A DNA stretch of 41,408 nucleotides from Spirochaetales bacterium (lineage in GTDB: Bacteria > Spirochaetota > GWE2-31-10): NCBI GenBank assembly GCA_022508205.1, contig JAFLVQ010000003.1:1-41408 (forward strand), written 5' to 3'. Below the pieces are notes generated by a model, which was not told the DNA's origin, ran no database searches, and saw only the letters and a list, made by a program, of their open reading frames with translations. Made by a program: the position numbers and the translations under genes. Shown in pieces: positions 9,147 to 20,181 of the stretch. The first letter of the stretch is position 1. Each line of letters opens with the position of its first letter.

Positions 9147-9827
9147 ATGGGGTTCGATAAATACTTGAAAATGCTTAAAGCGATGCTCGGCGGTTCGCTG
9201 GTATCGCTTGAAGTTTTTTTTCTGACACTTCTTTTTTCCATACCGCTGGCACTTCCGATTGCTGTTGGCAGAATGTCTAAAAACAAATTACTTTCAGGCA
9301 GTACAAATGTATTTCTTCTCATTATACGCGGTACGCCGCTTATGCTTCAGCTGCTTGTCGTATATTTTGGACCGGGAATTTTTATTCGCTGGCTGAATGG
9401 ACTGGGGTATGAAATAGCTTTTGTGTGGAATCGTTTTGCGGCAGCTATAATTGCGCTGTCCATTAATTATTCTGCATACTTTGCGGAAATCTACCGCGGC
9501 GGAATTGAGTCTATTCCGAAAGGGCAGTATGAAGCTGCGAGGGTTCTCGGTTTTACTCCGGCTCAGACATTTTTTAAAATAGTTTTGCCGCAGGTTGTAA
9601 AGCGTATTGTTCCGGCTATGGGGAATGAAGTAATTACACTTGTAAAGGATACGGCATTGGTTTCCGTAATCGGAGTTGCGGAATTGTTAATGGTGGCTAA
9701 GGAACGGCAAAGCGCATTATTTTCGTTTACGCCGCTTTTTATTGCCGGAGTATTTTATTTTATAATGAATTGGGGCGTTTCTGCTGCATTTGCAAAACTG
9801 GAAAAGAAACTGTCGTATTATCATTAA
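9147..9827 (+). CDS. Amino-acid ABC transporter permease (HisM/GlnP family)
   Basis: [29 protein letters not shown] (EAA loop), LVKDTAL. Confidence 0.92.
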   Translation: MGFDKYLKMLKAMLGGSLVSLEVFFLTLLFSIPLALPIAVGRMSKNKLLSGSTNVFLLIIRGTPLMLQLLVVYFGPGIFIRWLNGLGYEIAFVWNRFAAAIIALSINYSAYFAEIYRGGIESIPKGQYEAARVLGFTPAQTFFKIVLPQVVKRIVPAMGNEVITLVKDTALVSVIGVAELLMVAKERQSALFSFTPLFIAGVFYFIMNWGVSAAFAKLEKKLSYYH

Positions 9828-9846
9828 TTTTGTGGGATGCAGTTTT

Positions 9847-10608
9847 ATGGAAGATACTAATCGAAAAATTATCGATGTAAAAAACTTGCGGAAATCTTTT
9901 GGTGATACGGAAATCATCAAAGGTATTTCGTTTTCTGTGCATAAAGGAGAAGTTCTCGGGATTATAGGGCCGAGCGGCTCCGGAAAATCCACGATATTAA
10001 GATGTATTTCTCAATTGGAAACCGTAAGCAGCGGTTCTATCAGTATTTGCGGGCGTCCGCTTGTAACCGACGGAGTTTATGCTGCGAAAAACGAGCGTCA
10101 TGAAATTATTTTAAAAAGCGGACTGGTTTTTCAGAATTTCAATTTGTTTCCTCATTATTCGGTATTGGAAAATGTTACTGCGGCGCAAATTACCGTTTTA
10201 AAAAAAACGACCGATGAAGCACGGCAGACTGCGTCGGAGCTGCTGAGACGAATGGGGCTGATAGATAAAGCCGATAATTACCCGTACGAACTGTCCGGCG
10301 GTCAGCAGCAGCGCGTTTCCATTGCGAGAGCACTGGCATTAAAACCGGAAGTGCTGCTTTTCGACGAACCGACGAGTGCGCTGGATCCGGAATTAACCGG
10401 AGAAATTCTTGCGGTGATAAAAGAGCTTGCCGCAGAAAAAATGACTATGGTTGTGGTTACTCATGAAATGGCATTTGCCAGAGATATTTCCAGTGAAGTA
10501 ATTTTTATGGACAACGGCGTGATTGTGGAGCAGGGAAATCCGACCGATGTTATCAACAATCCGCAGACTCAGCGGACAAAAGTTTTTTTATCCAGATTCA
10601 ACAGTTAA
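9847..10608 (+). CDS. Amino-acid ABC transporter ATP-binding protein (GlnQ family)
   Basis: [37 protein letters not shown]. Likely start ATG 9847. Confidence 0.92.
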   Translation: MEDTNRKIIDVKNLRKSFGDTEIIKGISFSVHKGEVLGIIGPSGSGKSTILRCISQLETVSSGSISICGRPLVTDGVYAAKNERHEIILKSGLVFQNFNLFPHYSVLENVTAAQITVLKKTTDEARQTASELLRRMGLIDKADNYPYELSGGQQQRVSIARALALKPEVLLFDEPTSALDPELTGEILAVIKELAAEKMTMVVVTHEMAFARDISSEVIFMDNGVIVEQGNPTDVINNPQTQRTKVFLSRFNS

Positions 10609-10802
10609 TTTCGATTTTGGCAATTCTGTATTTATTCTTCGGTTTTTATGATTGCTTTAAACGTGGTAATAATTTTGTTTCCCGCTGCAAACAAAATTTT
10701 TATTTGATAAAAATTTGAGTATATGAATACTCCATGCCGAAAAATGGAACGCAATATCTATAAAATTTTTTGCAGTGAAAGTAAAAACTCGGAGAACTTA
10801 CT

Positions 10803-12755
10803 ATGAGAAAAAAAATCTTGATTGCCGTATTGATGTGCCGTTTTTTATCTGCCATGAGTGCGTCGGATATTGAAATTGCCAAAACGTATTTGAAACGGGC
10901 AATTATTAATCGTGATAATCCGCAGATTTCATCATTTATGATTGATAAAGCCGGTGAATACGCCGCTTTTTTCCCCGAGTGCGAGTTTTTACTGCTGGAA
11001 AATTGTCGGAAAACCGGTAATTTCGGCAATGCGGAAAAACTCGTAGCCGATATGTTGATAAAGAGAGATAAAGCCTTTTTGATTGATGATTACGATATTG
11101 ATTTGCTGTCTGCGCAAATTTATTACTATCTGCATTCTTATAAGGAGGCACTTCCGTTTTACAAATCGGTAATTAGTCACCCCGGCAAAAGAACATTCGA
11201 CAACTATTTGGAATATTTATCATGTGCATTTTTGGCTGATGCTCCGGCTGCGCAAATGCTGCCTGTACTGCGCGAAGCTTCTTCATTGTTTCCCAATCGG
11301 GAAATTGTTTTTTATCAGACTTTGTATTCTTTCAAAACCGGAACAACACCTTTCGGCGAGCCTATTCAACTGATTCGTCAATTGGAAAATAATGATTATT
11401 CTGTGCAGGAAGTTCAATATTTAAAGTCTTTCCTTGTAAAAAATGAAGAAGAGCTGGGAATATTCATAGATGATTTTATGCAGATACAGGATATTTCGCC
11501 GAAATGGGGGCGCGATATTGTTTACGAGCTTTTGCGGCGGCTTACCATTACCGATGAACGTATTTTGGATAATTGTTTGTCGTTGTGGGAAAAATATGAC
11601 GGAAACAATGACGTGCGGACTTTTCGATTTCTTGCCTATTCACCGCTTGCGGATTGGATTAAATCCAATGAAAAATTTGCATGGTGGGCAGACTATACCG
11701 GAAAGCGTACGGTCGATACGGACAACAACGGCAGACCCGAACTGGTTGTGGAAGTAAAAAACGGAATTGTTATCAACCGCAGTGAAGATAAAAATCAGGA
11801 CGGAATATCGGAAACGGAGTTTGATTTTTACGATAACGGCAAAATTGACAAAATTTATATCCGTGAAGATAATGAAAATTTTTGGTGTTATGATTTTAAT
11901 CAGTACGACGGTTCGCTTTTGACAGTGGAAAATGTGCGTGCAGGTAAATTGGCGGAAAAAAATGTTATGCGCAGAGGTGCGTTTGTTTTCAATGAAAGCA
12001 TGCCGTATCCGGTTCTTCAGGATTTGCTTGTCGATTTTCGAGAAGAATATCGTGACGGTGAAGTCCTGCGAAGTAAATTTTCCGAAGGAAAAATAGTCAT
12101 GCAGGAAAAAGACAGCGACGGCGACGGCTTTTTTGAATATTGTGCTTTGTTTAACAACGGAGTAATTTCGGAAGCGTTTATCGACATGGATAAAGACGGC
12201 GTGCCGGAGCTGCATGAAATATACGACAACGGAAAACTTGTGCAGTGCGAATCGGGATATTCAAATACCGCCGGAGTTTATTATTACAAAGAGATGTTTG
12301 CAAATAACACAATTGAAAAATATTGGGACAATAACAGAGATTTGAAATACGAAATTTTGGAAAAGACGCTTCCGTCCGGAGTTGTGCAGATGTACTTTGA
12401 TTCGGATAATGACGGAGTATACAATTACATGCATGAAAAAAATAAAGACGGAACGTATGATGTTTATGAGTTGAATTCCGACGGAACTAAAAAACGCAGA
12501 ATTGCAGCGGCTGCGGCAAAGCAGCGCACTGTTAAGATGAAAAATTGGACGGTAGTTTCTTCGCGCAATGCTGATTTGCTGCCGATTCCGGATGAAATTA
12601 ATTTCTTTGATACGCAAACCGAAGGCATGAGTGGCTTCTTTTTGTATAAGAATCGAAATTTTTATTTTTCGGACGGCTTATTGGAATCTCCCGACTTCAG
12701 CTTCCGTTTACTGCGAAATGGAGAAAGATTGTTTTTGTTTGACTGCGGAGCTTAG
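10803..12755 (+). CDS. Exported hypothetical protein: helical/TPR-like N-half and acidic DxDxDG-repeat C-half
   Basis: Signal-peptide-like N-terminus. Repeats DTDNNGRPE, DKNQDGISE, DSDGDGFFE, DMDKDGVPE, DNNRDLKYE, DSDNDGVYN. Confidence 0.7.
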   Translation: MRKKILIAVLMCRFLSAMSASDIEIAKTYLKRAIINRDNPQISSFMIDKAGEYAAFFPECEFLLLENCRKTGNFGNAEKLVADMLIKRDKAFLIDDYDIDLLSAQIYYYLHSYKEALPFYKSVISHPGKRTFDNYLEYLSCAFLADAPAAQMLPVLREASSLFPNREIVFYQTLYSFKTGTTPFGEPIQLIRQLENNDYSVQEVQYLKSFLVKNEEELGIFIDDFMQIQDISPKWGRDIVYELLRRLTITDERILDNCLSLWEKYDGNNDVRTFRFLAYSPLADWIKSNEKFAWWADYTGKRTVDTDNNGRPELVVEVKNGIVINRSEDKNQDGISETEFDFYDNGKIDKIYIREDNENFWCYDFNQYDGSLLTVENVRAGKLAEKNVMRRGAFVFNESMPYPVLQDLLVDFREEYRDGEVLRSKFSEGKIVMQEKDSDGDGFFEYCALFNNGVISEAFIDMDKDGVPELHEIYDNGKLVQCESGYSNTAGVYYYKEMFANNTIEKYWDNNRDLKYEILEKTLPSGVVQMYFDSDNDGVYNYMHEKNKDGTYDVYELNSDGTKKRRIAAAAAKQRTVKMKNWTVVSSRNADLLPIPDEINFFDTQTEGMSGFFLYKNRNFYFSDGLLESPDFSFRLLRNGERLFLFDCGA

Positions 12756-12758
12756 GTA

Positions 12759-14588
12759 ATGAAAGCAAAAAAGCGTGTTTCGGTTATTGCATATTTTTTG
12801 ATGATTGCAGTGTTTTGGCTGTGCAGCTGCCAGACGATACATGATAATTCGGTAACTGAGTATCCATATCACAGTGCAGCGGAAAATATCGATGCAAATA
12901 TAAAAGACGATGATACAGAGTCGCTTTCCAAAGGATATATGAATGCTTTGAAGGAATACAATAAAAATAATTCCGAAGAAAATGCGCAATTAGTGGCTTC
13001 GATTCTGAAACGCATGAACAATCTTCTGAAAGTTTACACTGAGGATAAAAATTATGAACAGGCTGTTGATATTGCCGATACTTTGGTAAATCTGGGTGTT
13101 GAGCCGGATATTCCGTATGAGGATTGCTACAGGAATTATCTTGCCGAATTGGAGGCTTCCGATGATGTGGATAATTTTACTATTGAAAGCATAAAAAATC
13201 GTATGGGCGATAAGAAGCTGCTTTCTGAAAACGAGATTGCGGCATTTTTGGATGATTATTTCAAGCAAAACAACATAGGGCTTTTTTCTTACTATCTCAA
13301 TCATTATAAAGAAAAGTATCTTACTCTTACGGCAAGATTTCCCGATTTGGAGAAGAAATTCGGAATTCTCCTCGATAATACTGCCGCTCCCGATTTTGAA
13401 ATGTTGATGAAATCGGTAGTGACCGTGATTCTCGATAAGGGCATTGTCATAAAAAACGGAGTAGGAGGGCAGGACAAATCATTGGGAACTGGTTTTTTTA
13501 TTGACGGAAACGGATACATTCTTACGAATCATCATGTAATAGCAGAACATGTGGATCCGAGTTATAAAGGTTATACGTCGGTAAAAGTTTCTCTGCGAGA
13601 TAATCCCGATATTGAATATTCAGCAAAAGTCGTCGGTTGGGATAAAATTTACGATGTTGCTTTGCTGAAACTGCTTGGACATAAAAACGAAAACTTTATG
13701 ATTCCCGGAATTTCCGGCAGTATGAAAACCGGCGATAAAATTTTTACCATAGGCAATCCGCTGGGGATTCGCTATACGGTGACTTCCGGAATTATTTCCA
13801 ATCGTGAAATCGATATTTTCCAGATGGGACAGGGATTTCAAGTGGATGCGGCAATTAATCCGGGAAATTCCGGAGGTCCGCTGATTGACGAACGAGGGCA
13901 AGTTGTGGGAATCGTTTTTGCGGGAATTCCGCAGTATGCCGGGATAAGTTTTGCGATTCCGTTTGAGTGGGTGCGCCAGACAATTCCGCTGTTGTACCGA
14001 GGCGGTGAAGTAAAACGTTCTTGGATGGGAGCGGGGCTTTATCATGATTACGAAAGAGGAAATTTGCAGTTTTATTATTTGATGCCGGGCGGCGGCGCAG
14101 ACGAAGCGGGGATTTTACCGGGGGATGTTCTCGTAAGCATTAACGGACAAAATGTTTCGGGGATTGCACAGGCACAGTCTTTGACTGCGTGGGAAAAAAG
14201 CGGCGGGATAATCCGTGTCGGAATTAATCGTAATGGGCAAAATATGGAATTGCCGGTACGGTTGGATGATAGACCTCAGATCCCGGTTGAACAGATTTTT
14301 AAAAAGGATTCATACACGAATATTATAAAACTTATTACCGGAATGAGAATCGAACAGACAAGAAGGAGATTCGGAGTTCGCTATTATAAAATAGATTATG
14401 TGTATAAAGGTATGCCGGCATATTCTCTCAATATATCGGAAGGAGATCCGTTGATTGTATACGGAATAAAATATCTGTCAAAAGAAAAAGCCGTAGTAAT
14501 AAGCATTAATTACACAAACCGAGAAATATCGATGATGCAGCGAAGCGTTACATTGGCACTGCCTGCGGAAATTAATAATTTGCTGTGA
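12759..14588 (+). CDS. HtrA/S1C-like serine protease lipoprotein with PDZ domain and long N-terminal extension
   Basis: Lipobox-like LCSC. GTGFFI, triad TNHHV / YDVA / NPGNSGGPL, IGNPLG, PDZ-like AGILPGDVLVSING. Confidence 0.88.
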   Translation: MKAKKRVSVIAYFLMIAVFWLCSCQTIHDNSVTEYPYHSAAENIDANIKDDDTESLSKGYMNALKEYNKNNSEENAQLVASILKRMNNLLKVYTEDKNYEQAVDIADTLVNLGVEPDIPYEDCYRNYLAELEASDDVDNFTIESIKNRMGDKKLLSENEIAAFLDDYFKQNNIGLFSYYLNHYKEKYLTLTARFPDLEKKFGILLDNTAAPDFEMLMKSVVTVILDKGIVIKNGVGGQDKSLGTGFFIDGNGYILTNHHVIAEHVDPSYKGYTSVKVSLRDNPDIEYSAKVVGWDKIYDVALLKLLGHKNENFMIPGISGSMKTGDKIFTIGNPLGIRYTVTSGIISNREIDIFQMGQGFQVDAAINPGNSGGPLIDERGQVVGIVFAGIPQYAGISFAIPFEWVRQTIPLLYRGGEVKRSWMGAGLYHDYERGNLQFYYLMPGGGADEAGILPGDVLVSINGQNVSGIAQAQSLTAWEKSGGIIRVGINRNGQNMELPVRLDDRPQIPVEQIFKKDSYTNIIKLITGMRIEQTRRRFGVRYYKIDYVYKGMPAYSLNISEGDPLIVYGIKYLSKEKAVVISINYTNREISMMQRSVTLALPAEINNLL

Positions 14589-15139
14589 CAGATTCCAAGC
14601 AGGCACTGTTTATTTTTTTGCTGTTCTACTGCGGATTCTTCTTTGTTTCCGGAGTTTCTCACTTTATTCTGCTGATCATAATAATTGCGGTTTTGGGGAA
14701 AAATCATATTTGCACATTGGAAAAAGTATCGTGGCAGCATATATTAAGTGCGGTCGGAGGGATTGCAGTTTATAGTGCTGCAAAATTTTCGGTTCAAATC
14801 TTGTCCGTTCCCGGTGGATATACTGCAGCGGATTTCGATTTCAATGCATTGTTCTTTATTAAAGTATTGATATTGGTACCGATAGCGGAAGAACTGCTGT
14901 TCAGAAGCTGTCTTGCCGATGTATGCAGCGGTTTAATGTCGCATTTTTTTGTGCCGTTAAGTACGGTTTTATTTGCATCTGTTCATTTGTCCCAAGGTTT
15001 AGGCGGTGTAATCTTTGCCGCTGTATGCGCGGTGGTCCTTTCTTTTACATATAAAATGAAGAAAAAAATAATATTTTCTGTTATAATGCACTCGTTTATC
15101 AATCTCGGCGGCTGCCTTGATTGTATTTTTTTTGACTGA
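14585..15139 (+). CDS. CPBP (CAAX/Abi) family intramembrane glutamic endopeptidase
   Basis: PIAEELLFR, LFASVH, MHSFIN motifs in a hydrophobic protein. GTGA overlap with the upstream gene. Confidence 0.85.
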   Translation: MTDSKQALFIFLLFYCGFFFVSGVSHFILLIIIIAVLGKNHICTLEKVSWQHILSAVGGIAVYSAAKFSVQILSVPGGYTAADFDFNALFFIKVLILVPIAEELLFRSCLADVCSGLMSHFFVPLSTVLFASVHLSQGLGGVIFAAVCAVVLSFTYKMKKKIIFSVIMHSFINLGGCLDCIFFD

Positions 15140-15148
15140 GGAAAATAA

Positions 15149-15985
15149 ATGGACGCGATACAACCGGCTTCAGAGATATTCGATTCATTATCAAAACTGG
15201 GGCTGACACAGAATGAAAGCAGAATTTTTTTATATCTGGCGCAAAATCCCGGCTCTAATGGGTATGAAATCTCGAAAAATACGGGAATCTCCCGTTCACT
15301 CGTTTACGGTGCGTTGGAAAAAATGCGCGCAGGCGGTGTAATAGAATTAACACAGACAAAATCATCATCATATTTGTTAAAACCGCTGCCGGAAATTCGC
15401 GATACGGTAAATCATGGAATAGGGCAGGCGTTTGATGAATTGGAACGCCAGCTTGCCGATATGAAGCCGCTTCCGGCAGATGAACTTTTTGTGACAATTC
15501 AGGACAGAATGCAGCAACGGGCGAAATTGGCATATATGATTAAAAATGCAAAAAAAATGCTTTTTATAAGTGCGGGGATAAATGAACTGGAATGGATACA
15601 CAAAGATTTGCAGCAAGTGCCGCCTTTCGTTGCCGTTCATATTTTCAGTTTGTCGAAATTATCCGATTTCCCGCCTCATTTTCAGCTGCATTCCAAAGGA
15701 ATGGAAGAAAGTTTTATTCAGAGTTTGGGTAATTTAAAAGCACGCTGGCGCATTCTCATGATAAAAGACCGCAGCGAAATGATGCTTTGCGGTGGCGACG
15801 AACAGCACAGTGGTACGGCAATTTATACAAAAAACAATATGATGGTTACTTTTGCGACGGAGCATTTTGTGCACGATGTAAAAATTTCTAATATCGAGCG
15901 TAATTATAATATAAGCGATTATACCGAGAACTTATTTAATGAATATTCACCGGAAAATTCGTGCGGAGAGTCGGAGAAGAGGTGA
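15149..15985 (+). CDS. TrmB-family transcriptional regulator
   Basis: LSKLGLTQNESRIFLYL..GYEISKNTGISRSLVYGALEKM winged HTH plus a C-terminal effector domain. Confidence 0.85.
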   Translation: MDAIQPASEIFDSLSKLGLTQNESRIFLYLAQNPGSNGYEISKNTGISRSLVYGALEKMRAGGVIELTQTKSSSYLLKPLPEIRDTVNHGIGQAFDELERQLADMKPLPADELFVTIQDRMQQRAKLAYMIKNAKKMLFISAGINELEWIHKDLQQVPPFVAVHIFSLSKLSDFPPHFQLHSKGMEESFIQSLGNLKARWRILMIKDRSEMMLCGGDEQHSGTAIYTKNNMMVTFATEHFVHDVKISNIERNYNISDYTENLFNEYSPENSCGESEKR

Positions 15986-16014
15986 TGAGCAAGCGGTTGA
16001 TTGCATGGTCTTCG

Positions 16015-16043
16015 TTGTCTCTTTGATAATTTTTTAGTATATT
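16015..16043 (+). promoter_or_regulatory. Candidate sigma70 promoter of mcsA-mcsB-clpC
   Basis: TTGTCT-17 bp-TATATT, about 75 bp upstream of mcsA. Confidence 0.5.
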
Positions 16044-16119
16044 GATTGCCTGCGAGTAAAAAAAAATAATTCCCGAACGATTTTGATAAATTAATAATTT
16101 TTAATAAAGGAGACACAAA

Positions 16120-16668
16120 ATGAAATGTGATATATGCAAGAAACGAGATGCAGTATTTCATATGCAGGAACAATCGGCAATGGGTGTGCGTAAAATAAGC
16201 CTGTGTGTAGAGTGTGCTCTTACCAAAGGATTGAATATTCGCGCGGAAGATATTGATAAACTTTTTGCATCCTTTATTTCCAATATTTTTGCCGAAGGTC
16301 AAACTTCTCCTGTAAATATAGCGAGTCAGACAGCTGCGAGGATATTGATTTTAAAATGTCCGGAATGCGGCAGAAGTCTGGAAGATATAACAAAGACGAA
16401 TGAAGTCGGCTGTCCGAAATGTTTTTCGTACTTCAAAAACGTTATAGATGCAATGCTTGCGAATATGAATAATTCGATAAATTATCGTGGAAATTTTCCG
16501 ACTGACTTGAGGACAAAGCATGACTACAGAGTGGAAATTTTTAATCTTAAAAAGCAGCTGAAACAATGTGTTTCTATGGAAGATTTCGATAAAGCCGCAG
16601 AAATCAGAGATAAAATAAAAGCACTGCAAGACGGCGAAAATACAGATGACAAAACAGAGGAAAAATGA
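16120..16668 (+). CDS. mcsA: McsA-like protein (four CxxC motifs + UVR domain)
   Basis: CDIC, CVEC, CPEC, GCPKC and EDFDKAAEIRDKI. Lies upstream of mcsB-clpC. Confidence 0.88.
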   Translation: MKCDICKKRDAVFHMQEQSAMGVRKISLCVECALTKGLNIRAEDIDKLFASFISNIFAEGQTSPVNIASQTAARILILKCPECGRSLEDITKTNEVGCPKCFSYFKNVIDAMLANMNNSINYRGNFPTDLRTKHDYRVEIFNLKKQLKQCVSMEDFDKAAEIRDKIKALQDGENTDDKTEEK

Positions 16669-17723
16669 GCGGTATAGTTAAAAGTAATGAGATTATGAGA
16701 CCGCATATCGAGCTGAAAGAAATGTTTATAAATTTCAGACTTATGCAGGTACGAAATTATGAAAAATTGCCGTTTGTTTCTTCGATGTCGGAAGAATGCC
16801 GCAGTGAATTTGAAGATGATTTCATAAGTTTTATTCTGAGGAAAAAAAAACATTTGATTGTAACCAATATCGATTATTTGAGCAAAGAAAAAAGGCTTCA
16901 GCTTTATAGCCGCGGATTGTGGCTGAAAGAGCTTGATAACGAAAAGAACGTTACATTTATATATTCGGACTGCGATGATACGGCAATAATTCTCAATTAT
17001 AAAAATCATGTGACCATTTTAGTGTCGACATGTCAGCCGGCTTTTAAAAAGGTTTATAAGAAACTTACCGACATTGAAAAAAAAGTCAGCGAATTCGCCC
17101 GTGTAACTGCAAGCGAACATTATGGCTATATTTCTCCGCAGCTTAAAGACTGCGGACTTGGTTTTAAGATAACGGCGTTAATGCATATTGTTTGGATAAG
17201 AAACTTTAAATTTTTGGCATCGGAAAATAAAGAAGCTGCCGTAACTTTTGAAAGGGTTCGCAATGACCTTTTCAACCGTGGCTACCAATTGGAAAAAAGT
17301 TATTTTGAAAAAGCGGATTGTGATGATTTCTGCGAGATTTCATCCAGATTTAACTACGGTGTGACGGAGCAGGAGCTGATGGAACGCTTTGTGGAAGGAT
17401 TGAAGAGCTTTCTTGAACTTGAGCAGGACGCAGTTAATCTTGCACTGAGTGAAATCCCCGAAATAATGACAGATATGGTTTACAGAAGTTTCGGTGTGCT
17501 CAAATATGTGCGGTTATTAGGATTAAACGAAGCGATTCGTCATTGTGCGAATTTACGAATGGGCATAAAAATGAAGCTGCCGATACCGGTTGATTTGGAT
17601 TTGCTTAATAATTTGCGGCAGGTGGTTTTCGATTTTGATTTACCCGATGAAAACAGAGAAAATCAGGCAAAACGAGCGCAGCTTGTTCGTTTATTGTTGG
17701 AAGGAGATAATAATGCAAAGTAA
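16665..17723 (+). CDS. mcsB: McsB-like ATP:guanido phosphotransferase-fold protein with degenerate catalytic motifs
   Basis: Synteny mcsA-X-clpC and 352-aa length. Residual motifs QVRN, YGY...[29 protein letters not shown]. Confidence 0.72.
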   Translation: MSGIVKSNEIMRPHIELKEMFINFRLMQVRNYEKLPFVSSMSEECRSEFEDDFISFILRKKKHLIVTNIDYLSKEKRLQLYSRGLWLKELDNEKNVTFIYSDCDDTAIILNYKNHVTILVSTCQPAFKKVYKKLTDIEKKVSEFARVTASEHYGYISPQLKDCGLGFKITALMHIVWIRNFKFLASENKEAAVTFERVRNDLFNRGYQLEKSYFEKADCDDFCEISSRFNYGVTEQELMERFVEGLKSFLELEQDAVNLALSEIPEIMTDMVYRSFGVLKYVRLLGLNEAIRHCANLRMGIKMKLPIPVDLDLLNNLRQVVFDFDLPDENRENQAKRAQLVRLLLEGDNNAK

Positions 17724-20181
17724 AGGGTTTACTCCGGCGGCAAGCAGAATTCTTTCGGAGCTTGCGCAAAATGAAGCAAGACGTTTTAATGCCGAAAAAT
17801 TGTATCCTGATCATGTGGCTTTGGCAATTTTAAGGGAAAACAAAGGTGTTTCCGGCAGAATTTTAAAAGACAACGGCATTAATCCCAATGTGGTTATTGC
17901 GGAAGTGGAAGCTGCTCAGGAAGTATCAAATGCACCTGTTTCACTTGGTGAATTGGCAGTGTCTCAGGCTTTGCAGGATGTAATAGAGATAAGCACGATA
18001 GAATCAAAGCGGATGGGGCATAATTATATAGGGACCGAGCATTTAATGCTGGGATGTATTATCGATTCCAACAGCCCTGTGTCGATAGCTTTCGGACATC
18101 AGGGAATTACACCGGATAATTATCGGGATTACATTATCAAAACCATAGGTCACGGTAAAAACGAGACGGCCGAAAAAGGCAGTGTGAAAAAAAATTCCAT
18201 TCTTACGGAATTCGGACGGGATTTGAATGAAGCCGCCAAGTCCGGCAAAATGGATAAAGTTATCGGTCGTGAAAATGAAATTCAGCGGTTGATTCAAATT
18301 CTTACGCGGCGCAGAAAAAATAATCCGATACTGCTCGGAAATCCCGGAGTCGGCAAAACCGCAATAGTAGAAGGATTGGCGCAAAAAATAGTAAGCAGAA
18401 ACGTCCCGGATAATCTGCTGCGCAAACGAATAATTGCGCTTGATATGGGGATGGTTGTTGCCGGAACAAAATATCGCGGCGAATTTGAGGAACGTTTGAA
18501 AAAAATCATGCATGAGATAAAAGAGTCCGGCGACGTGATTTTATTTATCGATGAACTGCACACTATCATCGGTGCAGGCGGTGCGGAAGGTGCAATGGAT
18601 GCGTCTAATATGCTTAAACCGGCATTGTCGCGCGGGGAACTTCAATGTATCGGTGCCACAACTCTCGATGAGTACCGCAAATATATAGAAAAAGACAGTG
18701 CATTGGAACGGCGTTTTCAGAATTTACTTGTGGAAGAAACATCCGTCGAAGATACGATAGAAATTTTGAACGGAGCAAAGCATCTTTATGAACGTCATCA
18801 TAATGTGACTTATACGAGTGAAGCCGTGCGGCAGGCTGTTTTGTTGAGCCAACGTTATATTTCGGAACGCTGCCTTCCCGATAAGGCGATTGATGTTTTG
18901 GACGAAGTCGGTGCCAAGATGAAACTGAAGCATTCGTCAAAACCTAAGGAAATTTCGGATATTGAAAATAAACTCAAAGAATTGGAAGAACGCAAAAATC
19001 AATATATAAAAGCTCAAGAGTATGAAGCGTGTTCTGCAATCAAGGAAGAACGCGAACGGCTTATCGAAACAAAAAGTGCGTTGATGAGCGCATGGCAGAA
19101 AACCAATACAAAGGAAAATATCAAAGTAACGGAAAAAGATATTGCGCAGTTTGTGTCTTCCATTACAAAGATTCCGCTGTCGGAAATAGAAGCGGAAGAA
19201 AATGAAAAACTTTTGAGATTGGAAAATGAATTGACAAAGCGTGTAATCGGGCAAAAAGAAGCTATCTCAGCTGTGTCATCTGCGGTTCGGCGTGCCAGAT
19301 TGGGACTTACTTCACCAAAACGCCCTCTTGCATCGTTTATTTTCTTGGGACCTACGGGTGTCGGTAAAACCGAATTGGCAAAATCGCTGTCCAGGTTGCT
19401 TTTGGGCAGTGAAAATGCGCTTATCAGGCTGGATATGTCCGATTTTATGGAAAAACATAATACATCGCGTCTCGTCGGTGCGCCTCCGGGATATGTAGGA
19501 TATGAAGAAGGCGGGGCACTGACCGAAAAAATCAGACGTTCGCCTTATTCTATCGTACTTTTCGATGAGGTCGAAAAAGCGCACCCCGATGTATTTAATT
19601 TGCTTTTGCAGATTTTGGAAGAAGGGGAATTGTCGGACAATTTGGGGCATGTCGTATCTTTCCGCAATACAATAATCATTATGACTTCAAATTTAGGTGC
19701 ACGCGAAATCAATAAGGACAATGTACTCGGATTCGGCGGAGTTAATACTGACCCGGACAGTGCATTTAAAGATGTACGCAATTCTGCAATCAATGAATTG
19801 AAACGTCATTTCAGTCCGGAATTTGTCAATCGTATTGACGAGACAATTGTATTTCATCCGCTATCCAAAGAAAATCTTTATTCCATTATCGATGTTATGT
19901 TTAAAGAAACGGTTGATGTTCTTATGGAAAAAAGAAAAATCGGCGTATTTCTCGATACAAGCGCGAAAGATTTTCTCATTGATGCGTACTATGACAGAAG
20001 GTACGGAGCTCGACCTTTGCGCCGTGCAATTCAAAAAGAAATTATCAATGCGCTGTCAGTCGAATTGCTTGATAGAAAAATCAACGACAGCGACATCGTA
20101 AAAGTATACTGTGAGGATAAAAAAATCGTTTTGAAAAAAATGGAACCATTAGCGGAAAATGAAAACAAAGAAGAAAGGTAG
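17713..20181 (+). CDS. clpC: ATP-dependent Clp protease ATP-binding subunit ClpC
   Basis: Clp N-domain (IGTEHL), Walker A GNPGVGKT and [18 protein letters not shown]-like middle domain, LGF ClpP loop, YGARPLRR. Start ATG 17713 behind AAGGAG. Confidence 0.95.
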   Translation: MQSKGFTPAASRILSELAQNEARRFNAEKLYPDHVALAILRENKGVSGRILKDNGINPNVVIAEVEAAQEVSNAPVSLGELAVSQALQDVIEISTIESKRMGHNYIGTEHLMLGCIIDSNSPVSIAFGHQGITPDNYRDYIIKTIGHGKNETAEKGSVKKNSILTEFGRDLNEAAKSGKMDKVIGRENEIQRLIQILTRRRKNNPILLGNPGVGKTAIVEGLAQKIVSRNVPDNLLRKRIIALDMGMVVAGTKYRGEFEERLKKIMHEIKESGDVILFIDELHTIIGAGGAEGAMDASNMLKPALSRGELQCIGATTLDEYRKYIEKDSALERRFQNLLVEETSVEDTIEILNGAKHLYERHHNVTYTSEAVRQAVLLSQRYISERCLPDKAIDVLDEVGAKMKLKHSSKPKEISDIENKLKELEERKNQYIKAQEYEACSAIKEERERLIETKSALMSAWQKTNTKENIKVTEKDIAQFVSSITKIPLSEIEAEENEKLLRLENELTKRVIGQKEAISAVSSAVRRARLGLTSPKRPLASFIFLGPTGVGKTELAKSLSRLLLGSENALIRLDMSDFMEKHNTSRLVGAPPGYVGYEEGGALTEKIRRSPYSIVLFDEVEKAHPDVFNLLLQILEEGELSDNLGHVVSFRNTIIIMTSNLGAREINKDNVLGFGGVNTDPDSAFKDVRNSAINELKRHFSPEFVNRIDETIVFHPLSKENLYSIIDVMFKETVDVLMEKRKIGVFLDTSAKDFLIDAYYDRRYGARPLRRAIQKEIINALSVELLDRKINDSDIVKVYCEDKKIVLKKMEPLAENENKEER

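Noticed and set aside
17590-17712. N-terminal extension of ClpC in the ORF track
   Set aside because: It lies inside mcsB. An SD supports ATG 17713.
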